A stretch of 64,000 bases of DNA. Origin: Eledone cirrhosa. Its lineage: Eukaryota. Below are positions 1 through 16,056 of the stretch, piece by piece. A program made the translations under genes and the position numbers. The notes under the pieces are model-generated. The model made no database searches. It was not told where the DNA came from and saw only the letters and a program-made list of their open reading frames with translations. Location: NCBI GenBank assembly GCA_964016885.1, contig OZ024740.1:329716001-329780000 (forward strand), given 5' to 3'. The number at the start of each line of letters is the position of its first letter. Positions within the stretch are counted from its first letter, which is position 1.

Positions 1-430
1 CCATCTGTTGTTTTGACATTTTTATAGAATATATTATTGGTTATTTTTCTAAATTTATAGAAGGATTAGAGATAGTAAAGATATGCGTGGTTGGTTTTGT
101 GTTTGCACTTAATTAACATTCAGACTTAAATGTTTCTTTCAAGTGTACGTATCCTTTCACCCACGCATTCACACACAAATATATTTGCACACCTCTACAA
201 AATACATATACTTACATTCACATATTCATACTTACATACATATACACATGCATACATATATATATATACACACATGTATTCATGTACATACATACGCGCT
301 CATGTGTATACATTTTCATACTCAACTTATCTTTATATACACACGTATAGACACACACACATATACATACATACTCTAGTCTATGTGTACACATATACAC
401 ATACATACACATCTATATATATATATATAT

Positions 431-533
<103 letters not shown>

Positions 534-798
534 CACTTTAATACATGAATACACTTACATCTAACTATACACATCAAACATATTATATTTACTTATTTAT
601 ATACATTTTCACATATATATACATACTTATGGACGTTTTTAGACACATACATTATCGCATATTTGCACCTATTCTCATCAGCATATCTTTCCATTATTAG
701 TGTGGTAATTTAAGGTTATTAATATATGTTGAGAAGAGATTGTTTTTATATTTTTCTAACTAGATTGAGGTTTATATAGTTGGGGGGATGTCCCTCTT

Positions 799-4037
<3,239 letters not shown>

Positions 4038-4038
<1 letters not shown>

Positions 4039-4450
4039 TTTAAATAGCCGAACTTATCAACGGGTAATTCCATATATGGTCAAAGAGATAATCACCAGGA
4101 TTGGTCACATCACAAGTTAGTAGTAAATCTGTGATGGCAAGTTGGTGGGGGAAGGGGTAGCTAAACCTGCCGGTAGGAGAAAAAGGGAGAGGGGGTGGAG
4201 TAGACCCATTCATGCGTTGGTAGTGCCAGCTACAGCTGGGTGTGAGGTCAAAAAGGATACTGGGGAGGGGGAAGGGGAGGAGGTCGAAACGGTAAGTAGA
4301 ACAATGAAAGGTAAAACTATAAAAGGTACTGAGAGAGAAAAAAAATAAGCAAAATCTGGTTACTAAGACTTAAGTCTCTCGCTATTGCTAGGCTAAAGAA
4401 ATACATAAAGAAATAAATAAACAAATAAGTGAATAAAAGAATAGATAAAT

Positions 4451-4481
<31 letters not shown>

Positions 4482-5048
4482 TATAATGTAGAATAAAAAA
4501 ATAAATAATAATAAAAATAAACTAGGTGGGACGGAAATAAAGGGACACTTATACGAGGTATAAGTGCGCGTATCGTACGGTGACGGGTCAACAAAGTGGG
4601 GGGGGGGGGCAGAATACTAAAGAGACTACCACGAAAATAATAAAGGTTTCTACCCAAACACAGGGCCAGCAACCACCCAGTGCAAGAAAGTAAACTAGTA
4701 CGAGAATATAATTCAGGGTGCCGCAAAAAAATACTAGTGCTAACTCTAAGGGTACCGGCACGAAACAAAAAAGTTTCATACAAGCTACATGAAAGATCGT
4801 ACGAAGTATTTTTTGCGGCACCCTGAATTATATTCTCGTACTAGTTTACTTTCTTGCACTGGGTGGTTGCTGGCCCTGTGTTTGGGGTAGAAACCTTTAT
4901 TATTTTCGTGGTAGTCTCTTTAGTATCCTGCCCCCCCTTGTTGACCCGTCACCGTACGATACATGCACTTATACCTCGTATAAGGGTCCCTTTATTTCCG
5001 TCCCACCTAGTTTATTTTTATTATTATTTATTTTTTTATTCTACATTA

Positions 5049-5079
<31 letters not shown>

Positions 5080-5495
5080 ATTTATTTATCTATTATTTTA
5101 TTCACTTATTTGTTTATTTATTTCTTTATGTATTTCTTCAGCCTAGCAATAGCGAGAGACTTAAGTCTTAGTAACCAGATTTTGCTTATTTTTTTTCTCT
5201 CTCAGTACCTTTTATAGTTTTACCTTTCATTGTTCTACTTACCGTTTCGACCTCCTCCCCCTCCCCCTCCCCAGTATCCTCTTTGACCTCACACCCAGCT
5301 GTAGCTGGCACTACCAACGCATGAATGGGTCTACTCCACCCCCTCTCCCTTTTCTCCTACCGGCAGGTTTAGCTACCCCTTCCCCCACCAACTTGCCATC
5401 ACAGATTTACTACTAACTTGTGATGTGACCAATCCTGGTGATTATCTCTTTGACCATATATGGAATTACCCCTTGATAAGTTCGGCTATTTAAAT
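4038..5495. repeat. Long inverted repeat, ~695-bp arms (4038-4735 / 4805-5495), ~69-bp spacer
   Basis: The arms are near-perfect reverse complements, e.g. ATTTAAATAGCCGAAC vs GTTCGGCTATTTAAAT and GGGTGCCGCAAAAAAATACT vs AGTATTTTTTGCGGCACCC. Confidence 0.95.
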
Positions 5496-5828
5496 TTCTC
5501 AACAACTACTGAGGAGCAGAGAAACGTGAGAACTTCACTTAATAAGTCGTTACGAAACAGTCTCCAATACTGTCTAGTTGGGCGTCTTGCCCAATATAGG
5601 TCTGTTATTCTTCTTAATTTTTCTTAATTTAATATTTAAAGTTAAGGATAACAAATCATATTGCTGTAGTTAGTACTTTTTCACCCTAGCAAATTTGGTC
5701 CTTACGATTCGAACACATGTATGTTTATATTAGTGTTCATCTCTCTTGTTTATTCAATTATATTGTACGGCTCGGAAAATCTTTTTTCTTAGAGCTATTT
5801 AATTTTAAGAGACTACTTTGAGTTCTTA

Positions 5829-5832
<4 letters not shown>
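5496..5832 (+). mobile_element. HHR-bearing pLTR-like repeat, family B
   Basis: Homologous to 40970-41280 and 41460-41805. Ends at the same point (GAGTTCTTAACT) in (TA)n. Confidence 0.75.
5503..5580 (+). ncRNA. Type I hammerhead ribozyme (family B)
   Basis: CAACTA CTGAGGA [38-nt stem II region] GAA ACAGT ctccaat ACTGT C TAGTTG: stem I 6 bp, stem III 5 bp, GUC site at 5572-5574. Confidence 0.78.
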
Positions 5833-5859
<27 letters not shown>

Positions 5860-6585
5860 AGGTTTGTCACCTTCACTCAAGAATCCACAATTCTGGTTAC
5901 TGAGAAAATACCTGAGTCGGTCCGATCACTGCCGACTTACACGTGCAAATAAAAATATATTATCTCATATGGATATCGCATTCCAGTTTCTCATATATAT
6001 ATATAAAGGGAGTGAGAGAGAGAGAGAGAGGGTGAGAGAGAGAGGGGGAGGGAGAGAGAGTTATAGCCTTACTGAGTTTCCGGCAGATTAAACGCTTAAT
6101 TTAACTATGTTACAAAACAAATCATTATTATTTCATTTGGAATTTTCGTCGTGGTTCCACTATAGGTTCCATGTACAACAATTTACGGAGCATTTAAGAT
6201 TTACACAATTATTAGTTAAAACGTCACAATCCAGAAGACTAAGAATAACATTTGTTGCATAGAACTGACATGTGTTTCATTGTTATATAACATATCATTC
6301 TAGGATCGGTAATATTTGACTATTTCAACCAAACAAGTCGGATCCAAACTACTTAAAATCAAGTGTTGACAACCAATGTTCTATATATATACATTAAATA
6401 TATTAAATATAGTTTTTCAAAGAATCTCCATTCTTTAGATCCATCAGCCAATCACCCCGACCTATCCGAAATACCACCTTCCCCTACCACCAGAAAATGT
6501 ATAAATACCACCGTTTCATATTGGTAGTCGGCTCCCCTGATGAATTATTCGAATGAAATATTTCTAGTCCTTTCGAAGCAATTTG

Positions 6586-6617
<32 letters not shown>

Positions 6618-6706
6618 ACGCATACACACAAACACACACGCATACACACATGTACACATACTCACACACCCACACACACACATACACCCACACATACACA
6701 TACACC

Positions 6707-6800
<94 letters not shown>

Positions 6801-6883
6801 CATCTATTAAAATAACACATTGAAGTTTAAGCAACTAATCCACTTCTGATTTTAGTATTCACATTTATTATTATTGCTATATA

Positions 6884-6986
<103 letters not shown>

Positions 6987-6989
6987 TAT

Positions 6990-7130
6990 AACGAAGGAAG
7001 TGTGGTAAGGAACGAGGTGAACTATAAAGCACCAGAGTATTCAATACTTTGGACAGTAGAGTGGATAATACAAAAATATGCAAGACCCGACGGCAAGATG
7101 TTGAGCTTTGCCGTCGGGTTCTTGATCATT
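6990..7130 (-). mobile_element. PLE pLTR-like 3'-end fragment in (TA)n with hairpin
   Basis: Similar to 14990-15110 (GTGGTAAGGAAC.AGGTG.AC.ATAA.GCACCA.AGTA.TCAATACTT). Hairpin CAAGACCCGACGGCAA...TTGCCGTCGGGTTCTTG. Confidence 0.5.
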
Positions 7131-7538
7131 TTCCGATATGTATTCAATTGTGTATTAATAATGTAATGATGCTTATTTTAAGCCCTTTACATATGTTTCT
7201 AGTTACACATTGTATCAAGGAATTATTGTTTATCTGACCTGTAAGGGATTGCGTTTCAAGTGAGAAGCAAACATAATATACATAATATCTATGATATAAA
7301 TAGACATACATTCTTCATAATGTTATTTTAATAATATGACATTTAAATTTTGCACAACATATCTTGTAAAGAAGCTATTTTCTAAACTAAAAAGAGATTT
7401 TGCTGTGAATACAGAATTGTGTGTTATTCAAATTATGAATGACAGTTTGAATTATTAACAATAATGTCGTTGATAACGATAAAGGTGATTCTTATACGAA
7501 CACATATAATTCGTGGTAGATGTGTGTTCTTGTATGTG

Positions 7539-7569
<31 letters not shown>

Positions 7570-7611
7570 CGATATTAAATAAATGGAAACTATATTTATA
7601 AAACCATATTT

Positions 7612-7675
7612 ATTTCATTTTATATATTTCAGGGATATCATATTAACAATATGCTATGCCTTCCTCAGACAAAAT
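7612..7675 (-). ncRNA. Type I hammerhead motif in Hydra-type pLTR (family C; cleavage-site region mutated)
   Basis: Reverse complement of the 10109-10172 motif, with TATATAAA in place of TATATATA. Confidence 0.55.
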
Positions 7676-9041
7676 ACAATATAAACAGTTTTATAGATAA
7701 ATAGATTTGACATACCGTACAACATCGACTTGTATTTGAAAAGTTGAATTGGCAGTGAAAAAATTGTACACAGAGAGAAAGAAAGAGAGAAAAAAAAGGA
7801 AAGAAAGACAGAAAACGAAGAAAAAGAAGAAAAAGAAGAAGAAAAAAAGAGAAAAAGAAGAAATGCATGGAACAAAATAGAGAGATGGAAAGATAGATAA
7901 AGAGAAGAACTTCATGTAAAGAAACAGAGATATATATATATATATAGAGAGAGAGGAAATAGAGATAGATATATATATATAGAAAACTAGGTAGTGGGAC
8001 GTCCGTTGAGTAAACGTATCAATGATACATTTATTTATTTATTTATTTATTTAGCTCTAGTATTAATGTAAGGGAGATATATGTGGTTAGGAGAGAAACC
8101 AGCTGTTATATAGAGAGAAAAACTAAAAATAACCAGACATAGGCGAGGCATAAAAATCCTATGTTTTAATGTAGAGGTATTAGTATGTATAAAAACCAGC
8201 CACTATATTGTAAATATCAGTATTCCTGAATGAGACATGTATCCATAATGTGTGAAAAGTAATGATCTTATGTTTAGTTTTTTAAAAAAATTCATATGTT
8301 TATGTGATAACTACAAACATCTATGTGAATTTACATGATCAATTCTGCAAACCCTAAGTTCACGGAAAACATTCTCATTGTGCTATAAAAATTTAAGTAT
8401 ACATATATGTGTATATATATATACACACATATATATATAGAGAGTCACTATTACTACTATTCCTGTCTTTACTCTACAAGATTATCTATCAAGCAGAAAT
8501 AGAGAGCAGATTTCAATATACTAATAAAAATATATATCAGAAACAAAACCAAAAAATAACAATAATAATAATAATAATAAATAATAATAAAATAGAAATA
8601 TTACGAAAGAATATTACATATTAAAAATATTACATACTAAAAATAAAAATATTAGAAAATACTACAATAATAAAAATAAACCACAAAGATCAACCCTTCA
8701 AAATTAATTGACAATATATTGCCAAGTTCATTATAAGCATCAGAGTCGAAAAACAGATAAAGCTAAAAATTATTTATCAAATCGCATCTAGCAAAAATCA
8801 TTTCAAAAAGTTTAGGATGCCCATTTGGTCTACATGTGTTCTTATATTTAATATAGAAGTTTATCTAGTGTAACGTTTATTCGAAATATTTGGAGCATCA
8901 ACTTTTAGGGTAGCTTAATTTTTCATGAAGAATGTTTAAATAAAAATAAAAATAAAAAATAAAAAATAAAAAGAATAAAAAGAAGAAATCGAAAGATTTA
9001 TCGGCTAGTTTCCCATATAATTATAAATCAAACTAAATATA

Positions 9042-9930
9042 CTACATTTTAAATTTAAATTTATATTTAAACGTTGAGTTTAATCTATGTTTGCAGCAAC
9101 TGAATAAATTTGTCCGTAGATTAAGGCAATTTTTCGATTTTAGTATAAAGAATATCTCCTCTGCGCAGAGGTCACATGTCTCAGAGGATGAATTAAAAGG
9201 AATCCCTCTTGATACTATATTCCAAGCCGTCGAATATCTAACGTTATCTAGCTTAAGTTGCCAGAGTACGCCTGATAGTGCCGTTGAAGATTTTTTGCTT
9301 GGATCTGTGAAAGAATTCTTGTGGTTATTATAGCGAAGTTTAAATTCCGTCGATGTGGAACCGATGTAGTTAAAAGAATTAGAGTCAGTTTTAACATTAC
9401 AATTGTATACTATATTTTTAACTAAGCAGTTGTTATTTAACGGACATTTAGATCTATCTCTACAGTTACATTTGTTAACTTGTATATTATTTATGCTATT
9501 ATCACTAGGTTTTAAGTTCCTATTATTTATTCTATTAATATTTTGTGCTAAATTTTTGGTGGATGAGTAGGTTAATTTTATAGTATGTCTATTGAAAATT
9601 GAGTGATACCCAGGTGTTCTAGGGAAGCGATTATCAAGAGCTTTAAAAAATAGTTTAGCGATGTGGGTTTTAATGTTTAGTGAGAAAGGGGGGGGGGGGC
9701 AAACCAAATTATGTTCCTAGTTCTATTTCTTTTTTGGCCTTTGGAATTATTGTAATGCTTTCTATTATAGTTGTTAAGGTTGTTGCCGTAATTAAAATAG
9801 TTGTTATTTTGTTTAGTTTGTCTATCATTATCTATGTACATAATCTTATCAGTATATCCTGCTCTAGCTAATGCTTCATTGTAGTATTTGGCTTTTTCGT
9901 CGAAAATCTTTCTATTCGACGAGATCCTAG
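9042..9930 (-). pseudogene. PLE C-terminal linker + GIY-YIG endonuclease
   Basis: CNCRDRSKCPLNNNC (CxCx5Cx5C), NIVYNC...YIGSTSTEFKLRYNNH, CDLCAEE, CKHR. Frameshift at the G-run ~9688-9699. Confidence 0.88.
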
Positions 9931-10108
9931 AGATTTTTTTCTTCTTTTTTTTTCTTCTTTTTCTTCGTTTTCTGTCTTTCTTTCCTTTTTTTTCTCTCTT
10001 TCTTTCTCTCTGTGTACAATTTTTTTCACTGCCAATTCAACTTTTCAAATACAAGTCGATGTTGTACGGTATGTCAAATCTATTTATCTATAAAACTGTT
10101 TATATTGT

Positions 10109-10172
10109 ATTTTGTCTGAGGAAGGCATAGCATATTGTTAATATGATATCCCTGAAATATATATAATGAAAT
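10109..10172 (+). ncRNA. Type I hammerhead ribozyme in inverted Hydra-type pLTR (family C)
   Basis: ATTTTGT CTGAGGA AGG..CATATT gtt AATATG..CCT GAA ATATATAT A ATGAAAT: 7-bp stem I with 2 wobbles, self-complementary stem III. Confidence 0.72.
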
Positions 10173-10300
10173 AAATATGGTTTTATAAATATAGTTTCCA
10201 TTTATTTAATATCGTAAATATACTCCAAATACTTGTCGAGTGCTTTTATATCAGTTATAAATATTTACTAGTTGTAACCCAACAATTTAAATACAACTTT

Positions 10301-10370
<70 letters not shown>

Positions 10371-10399
10371 CATATATATATCTATATATGTATAAATGC

Positions 10400-10452
<53 letters not shown>

Positions 10453-11419
10453 TGTCGAGAGATAGAGGGAGAGAGAGAGAGAGAGGGAGAGAGAGAGATA
10501 GAAAGAGAAAGAGATTGTGTGAGAGACATTTACATTCAAATTTATATATATGTGTACATGCCAACACACTGGCAGATATTTTATAAATATTTATATGGCT
10601 GTGAGCGCTTTGTTCAACATAGTTGATATGAATATTTCTGATTGTCACATTAATCGAGTATCTAAGCGCCGTTTTGTGTAGATGTAAATTTTATATCAGT
10701 TACAATACATGTAATTTATGTACTATCAGTTGACATTAGAGAGAAGAAACATACGTCACTTTTTTTGATAATATATTAACGTATAATTGGAATTAAAGGG
10801 GGTGTATCTTTATTCTTGAATGTACCAATGACAAATAATTTCCATTGATACTTTAAGCGAAATGAATGTGTGTGCTTGAGGTGAAATGAATAATATCTGT
10901 GAGAATGAAATATATATAATAAAGCCATAAATTCTACCGAATAGACAGAGGTGTTTCAGTTGGAGTTAAATATATCATGTCGTCAATTGTCGGTTTATCA
11001 AGTTAATTGTAAGTTCCCTTGTAAATTTTAAATAAAATTGAAGTTAATTGATAAGTAGATATATTAATATGTTTATCATGTCATAAATTAGTTATACAAT
11101 ATGTCACTGTCACAGTTAATACACTATATTGTATAGAATACTCGAAGAGGCACTCGTCATTACAAGGTTATAGTATCGAGATAACACAAAACAGAACGTG
11201 TTACGGTAACAATATCATATTTCTTGTCGTTGGTTCATATTTGCAAAGATGTATACATACAACATATATGTATTATTGGTGGGGGTATTTGTGATTTTTC
11301 TATGAGACCTACTAGGGCTCTGGTGACACCATGTAGATATGATAGAAATATGAGAAATTATTCTATGAATAAAGACTGGACAGATATAATCTATATTGCT
11401 GTGGACTATAACATCTATT

Positions 11420-11568
11420 AATCGGCCGGGCGTACCGAATACAATAAATGGAAAAAATGAAATTTCATTTCTCACTCTTAGTACGGCTGATACTAAAATA
11501 TAAGTATGTATCCGTACATAGATATATGTATACAGACGTAGAATAGTATGTATATACATACATACTTT

Positions 11569-11637
<69 letters not shown>

Positions 11638-12270
11638 GTATGGGCTTACCTAACATTTATTATAATGCTCGGTTTGTTTGTAAACAAACAGCCCGAATTA
11701 TTAGCCGTACAGTGTTCGACAACCATCGTTGCCATTTTGTTCAACACTGACAAAGGAATAATGAACTAGTTTCTAGCTTATTTGCTGCCGTCAGCACCGT
11801 ATGCATTCCTGTTAGTTGATTGAACGTTTGAAAATATATACTTTTATTATGCATATTAACGGCTGAGCAGCCTAATGGGCATATCGAGTGAGTTAGTCGG
11901 CCGGGCGTACCGAAAACGATAAATGGAAAAAAATGAAATTTCATATCTCACTCTTGGTACGGCTGATACTTAAATATAAGTATATATTCGTACAGTAATG
12001 TGTATATACATACATGCACTCATGTATATGTGTACGTATGGCTTTACCGACCATTTATTATAGTACAGTGTTCGGCAACCATCGTTGCCATTTTGTTCAA
12101 TACTGACAAAGGAACTATGAACTAGTTTCTAGCTTATTAGCTGTCATCATCACCTTATACCTTCCTGTGAGCTGATTGAACGTTTGAAAGTATATACCTT
12201 CCTTATGTATATTAACGGCTGAGCAGCCTATTTAAGTATCAGCTGTACTAATGAAATTTAATTTTTTCCA
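11420..12270 (-). mobile_element. Retrozyme-like family A, ~1.8 older tandem monomers
   Basis: TCGGCCGGGCGTACCGAA recurs at ~11422 and ~11897. The HHR cores are degenerate (CTGACGG, ATGATGA; GUU site). Confidence 0.75.
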
Positions 12271-12776
12271 GAATCTATGTATGGACATATGTATAAGTAT
12301 ATGTTGCCGTAGGAATCGCTCGAGGCAGTAGTAGGTTAATAGGTAGGGGGTGGTTTACCTTGGGCTCGGTATGGCGGAGCTACTGTCCCTATAGATTGAG
12401 GGAAGTTCCCATCCCAACATGTTGTTATTGTCCATATAGCTTGAGGAAGGTCCCAAATCTGACCTGCATCCTGTCCCCTTAACACCACTACCACTTCCAA
12501 TACAATGGAGGAGGCCAGCTGTATTTAAACAAAAACAACTACAACAGATTGTCTTGCCTCAGAAACATTTCTATAGTCCTTTGACTGATGAATGTTCTCA
12601 CAACTGACCAATGGGATGAGAGAGTGTCCTATGACGCCGAAATTCGTTTTATCTAATTCATATGATTCCAGGTCTTCAGAGAAATAACAACGCAACCAGG
12701 AGCTGGACATATCGAAGTTTGATGAGTAAAACACACTTAAACAACATGTGTACCCGTCTCTACTACACTAAATCGG

Positions 12777-12831
12777 ACTGTCTGAAGACGTCACAGCCAA
12801 TGATGGCTGTCACCGAAATATATATAGCAGT
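12777..12831 (+). ncRNA. Type I hammerhead motif (family D) in probable PLE 3' remnant ending in (TA)n at ~12890
   Basis: ACTGT CTGAAGA cgtc ACAGCCA atga TGGCTGT cacc GAA ATATATAT A GCAGT. Confidence 0.65.
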
Positions 12832-12885
12832 ATATCTATAATTTATAATAAACGAAGCCGAATTTTACCTATTTGACTTAATTAT

Positions 12886-12954
<69 letters not shown>

Positions 12955-13089
12955 CGGAAAAAATGAAACGAAATTTCATTTCTCACTCTTAGTGCGGATG
13001 TTACTTAAATATAAGTTTGTATACGTACATACATATATGTATACAGACGTACAGTAGTATGTATATATATATATATATATACATACATG

Positions 13090-13138
<49 letters not shown>

Positions 13139-13695
13139 GTATGGATTCACCGAACATTTATTATAATGCTCGGTGTGTTTGTAAACAAACATCCCGAATT
13201 AAGCCTTACAGTGTCTAGCAACCATCGTTGCTCATTTGTTCAACACCGACAAAGGAAGGTTGTACTAGTTTCAATATTATTAGCTATCGTCAGCAACGTA
13301 TAACCATCCTGTCAGATGGTTGAACGTCATTTACCCTCCTTATGCATATTAACGGCTGAGCAGCCCAATTTGCATATCTAGTGAGTCAATAGGCCGGGGC
13401 TCCGAAAACGATAAACGGAAAAAATGAGACGAAATTTCATTTCTCACTCTTAGTACGGCTGTTACTTAAATATAGTATGTATACGTACATACATATATGT
13501 ATACAGACGTACAGTAGTATCTATATATATATACATACATGCACACATATATATATGTACGTATGGATTCACCGAACATTTATTATAATGCTCGGTGTGT
13601 TTGTAAACAAACATCCCGAATTAAGCCGTACAGTGTCTAACAACCATCGTTGCTTATTTGTTCAGCACTGACAAAGGAACGCTGTACTAGTTTCA
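12955..13695 (-). mobile_element. Retrozyme-like family A, ~1.6 tandem monomers in (TA)n
   Basis: CGGAAAAAATGA.ACGAAATTTCATTTCTCACTC at ~12955 and ~13416. HHR at 13258-13298 has an intact core and a mutated stem II. The second HHR is truncated at ~13695. Confidence 0.78.
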
Positions 13696-14288
13696 TATTT
13701 ATATATATATATAATATAAGATCAAAAGATGGTTAAAAGAGTTCCATGTATTCTATTATGCGCATTTGAAAACCAAATATCATCATGGGATGATATTTGC
13801 GTACTCATCAGATAAAATAGGGAGACATGATATGAAGCTTAAAAAACACGTGCGCGACGGTGAAGTGTTAAATAAACATATGAAAAATAAGATAAGATGT
13901 ATATATGAGATTGGGAAAACAAGAAGGAATGGGGAAGGAAAGGTAAGGAAGAGGAAGAAAGAAAATAATAAGAAAAAAATATATAATAATAAGGAAAGGA
14001 TGACGGAGGAGGAGTATAAGAAGGAAGGATGAGAGAGGAGGAGAAATGAGTGAGAGAGAGAGAGAGATAACCTTTAATACTGAGAAACACTGTCTCACAG
14101 AGAGAAATAAAAGAAACCGTTGTAACATAATACATAATGTTAAACAAATTTGAAATTAAAAGTTAATGAGGTTTATGAATGATGATGTTTATGATTAAAG
14201 AAAAAAGGAATTATGAATTATTATGTATTATCTTACAACGTTTTTTTTTTAATTTCCCTCTGTGAGACAGTGTTTCTCAGTATTAAAG

Positions 14289-14360
14289 GTCTGACGAACG
14301 AATGAGGACGTTTCTTGTATTCGTCTTATTCGATAAACCTCTGGTAATGAGGTAATTATA
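14289..14360 (+). ncRNA. Hammerhead-like motif (family E), GAAA mutated to TAAA
   Basis: CTGACGA a CGAATGAGGAC...GTCTTATTCG a TAA ACCTC tggtaat GAGGT A. Inverted homolog at 15317-15384. Confidence 0.5.
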
Positions 14361-14378
14361 TTGTATTGTTTATTATAC

Positions 14379-14417
<39 letters not shown>

Positions 14418-14567
14418 GATATTATTAATAGTAATAAATTGAAAATATCACTATAGCATCATATATATTTTTATTATACGTATTTCAAGGATACCAAATT
14501 ATGGTATGCTTTCATCAGAATAAATAAAATGCTTGATGCATAAGATAGTAGCATACCCGAAATATAA

Positions 14568-14641
<74 letters not shown>

Positions 14642-14659
14642 TGTGTGTGTTGTGTTCTG

Positions 14660-14696
<37 letters not shown>

Positions 14697-14928
14697 AGAG
14701 TATTGCGCGGCCAACTGGTCAGACCTCATAAAGTAACCAAGCATCTCATAAAATACTGTTGTGACCAGATTATGCTACGATACTCAATCCTAGTAATCGA
14801 CAACTATTAAAATTTACCGAGAATCATATGTGCTAATGAGGGAAGTACAATGTCGCTACTTTAAAACAATAGCGTATGGTTTTCAAAATGCTTTTAATTA
14901 AGCATACAGTGTATTACAAAATACTCTA

Positions 14929-14991
<63 letters not shown>

Positions 14992-15067
14992 CGAGGGAAA
15001 AGTGGTAAGGAACCAGGTGGACCATAACGCACCAAAGTACTCAATACTTAGGGTAGTAGAGTGGGTA

Positions 15068-15178
15068 ATAGGAGTAAGTAAGACCCCGACGGCTGAGCTC
15101 AAGCCGTTTCGACGGCTAATTCTGTACAGAATTAGCCGTCGAAACGGCTTGAGCTCAGCCGTCGGGGTCTTACTTACT

Positions 15179-15183
<5 letters not shown>
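15068..15183. repeat. Perfect 116-bp palindrome at end of a pLTR-like fragment (14990-15183)
   Basis: Centre TCTGT|ACAGA at 15125/15126. No mismatches seen. Confidence 0.95.
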
Positions 15184-15216
<33 letters not shown>

Positions 15217-15316
15217 TATTGAAGTTTCCGTCGAAAATTAAAAAATTCATAGGAGTGAAGAGTGCTCTATGTAAGTTACAGAGCTAAATTTAATGTATAA
15301 TAAACAATACAATATG

Positions 15317-15384
15317 ATTACCTCATTACCAGAGGTTTCCCGAATAAGACTAATACAAGAAACGTCCTCATTCGTTCGTCAGAC
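15317..15384 (-). ncRNA. Hammerhead-like motif (family E), intact core, stem I weak or truncated
   Basis: Minus strand: GT CTGACGA a CGAATGAGGAC..GTCTTATTCG g GAA ACCTC tggtaat GAGGT A AT. Confidence 0.55.
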
Positions 15385-15700
15385 AAGGCAATTTACCGAG
15401 AATCAAATGTGCTAATGAGGGAAGTACTATGGATTAAATATAACTCATGTAGGGGACCAGACTATTTATAGTGGGATCACTTGTTGAAGTTGTTGAGAAA
15501 TAAATTTCTTACCGCGCTAATAGCAGATGCGTGGCATATCCACAATCCACGAATCCATCCGCCATTAACGAGCATCTAACATCGCACCATATTTTCTTTG
15601 CAGGAAGATGTTGTATTACGCTTCCGGGTGTTTGGGGAACAATAATGCTGACTAATAGGAGAAAATGTTTTTAGTACATATATTAGGAATAGAGGGTGGA

Positions 15701-15808
<108 letters not shown>

Positions 15809-16056
15809 TTTCTTTATTAACCACAAGGGTTTACATAAAGTAGACATTAAGGACAGTGCAGGACAATGCAGGACGGTACAAATGGGCATTTCTGCGTGTA
15901 AAAAACAAAAACAGAGGATGTAACAAAAAATAACAATGAAAAATTCCCCAATAGGGGGGAGACTTCGGAGGGACATTTGTGGAGAAAGCCCAGTAAAAAG
16001 CCACAATGACCCTGACCACCAAGGCAAGTGCCCTCTCCCAGTTTTCCACCTTTAAT

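Larger units (their letters stand above)
7569..10216 (-). mobile_element. 5'-truncated Hydra-type PLE with inverted pLTR copy at its 5' junction
   Basis: GIY-YIG ORF at 9042-9707, with a frameshifted upstream piece to ~9930. Segment 7569-7860 is repeated inverted at ~9935-10216. The 3' end is in (TA)n. Confidence 0.85.
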
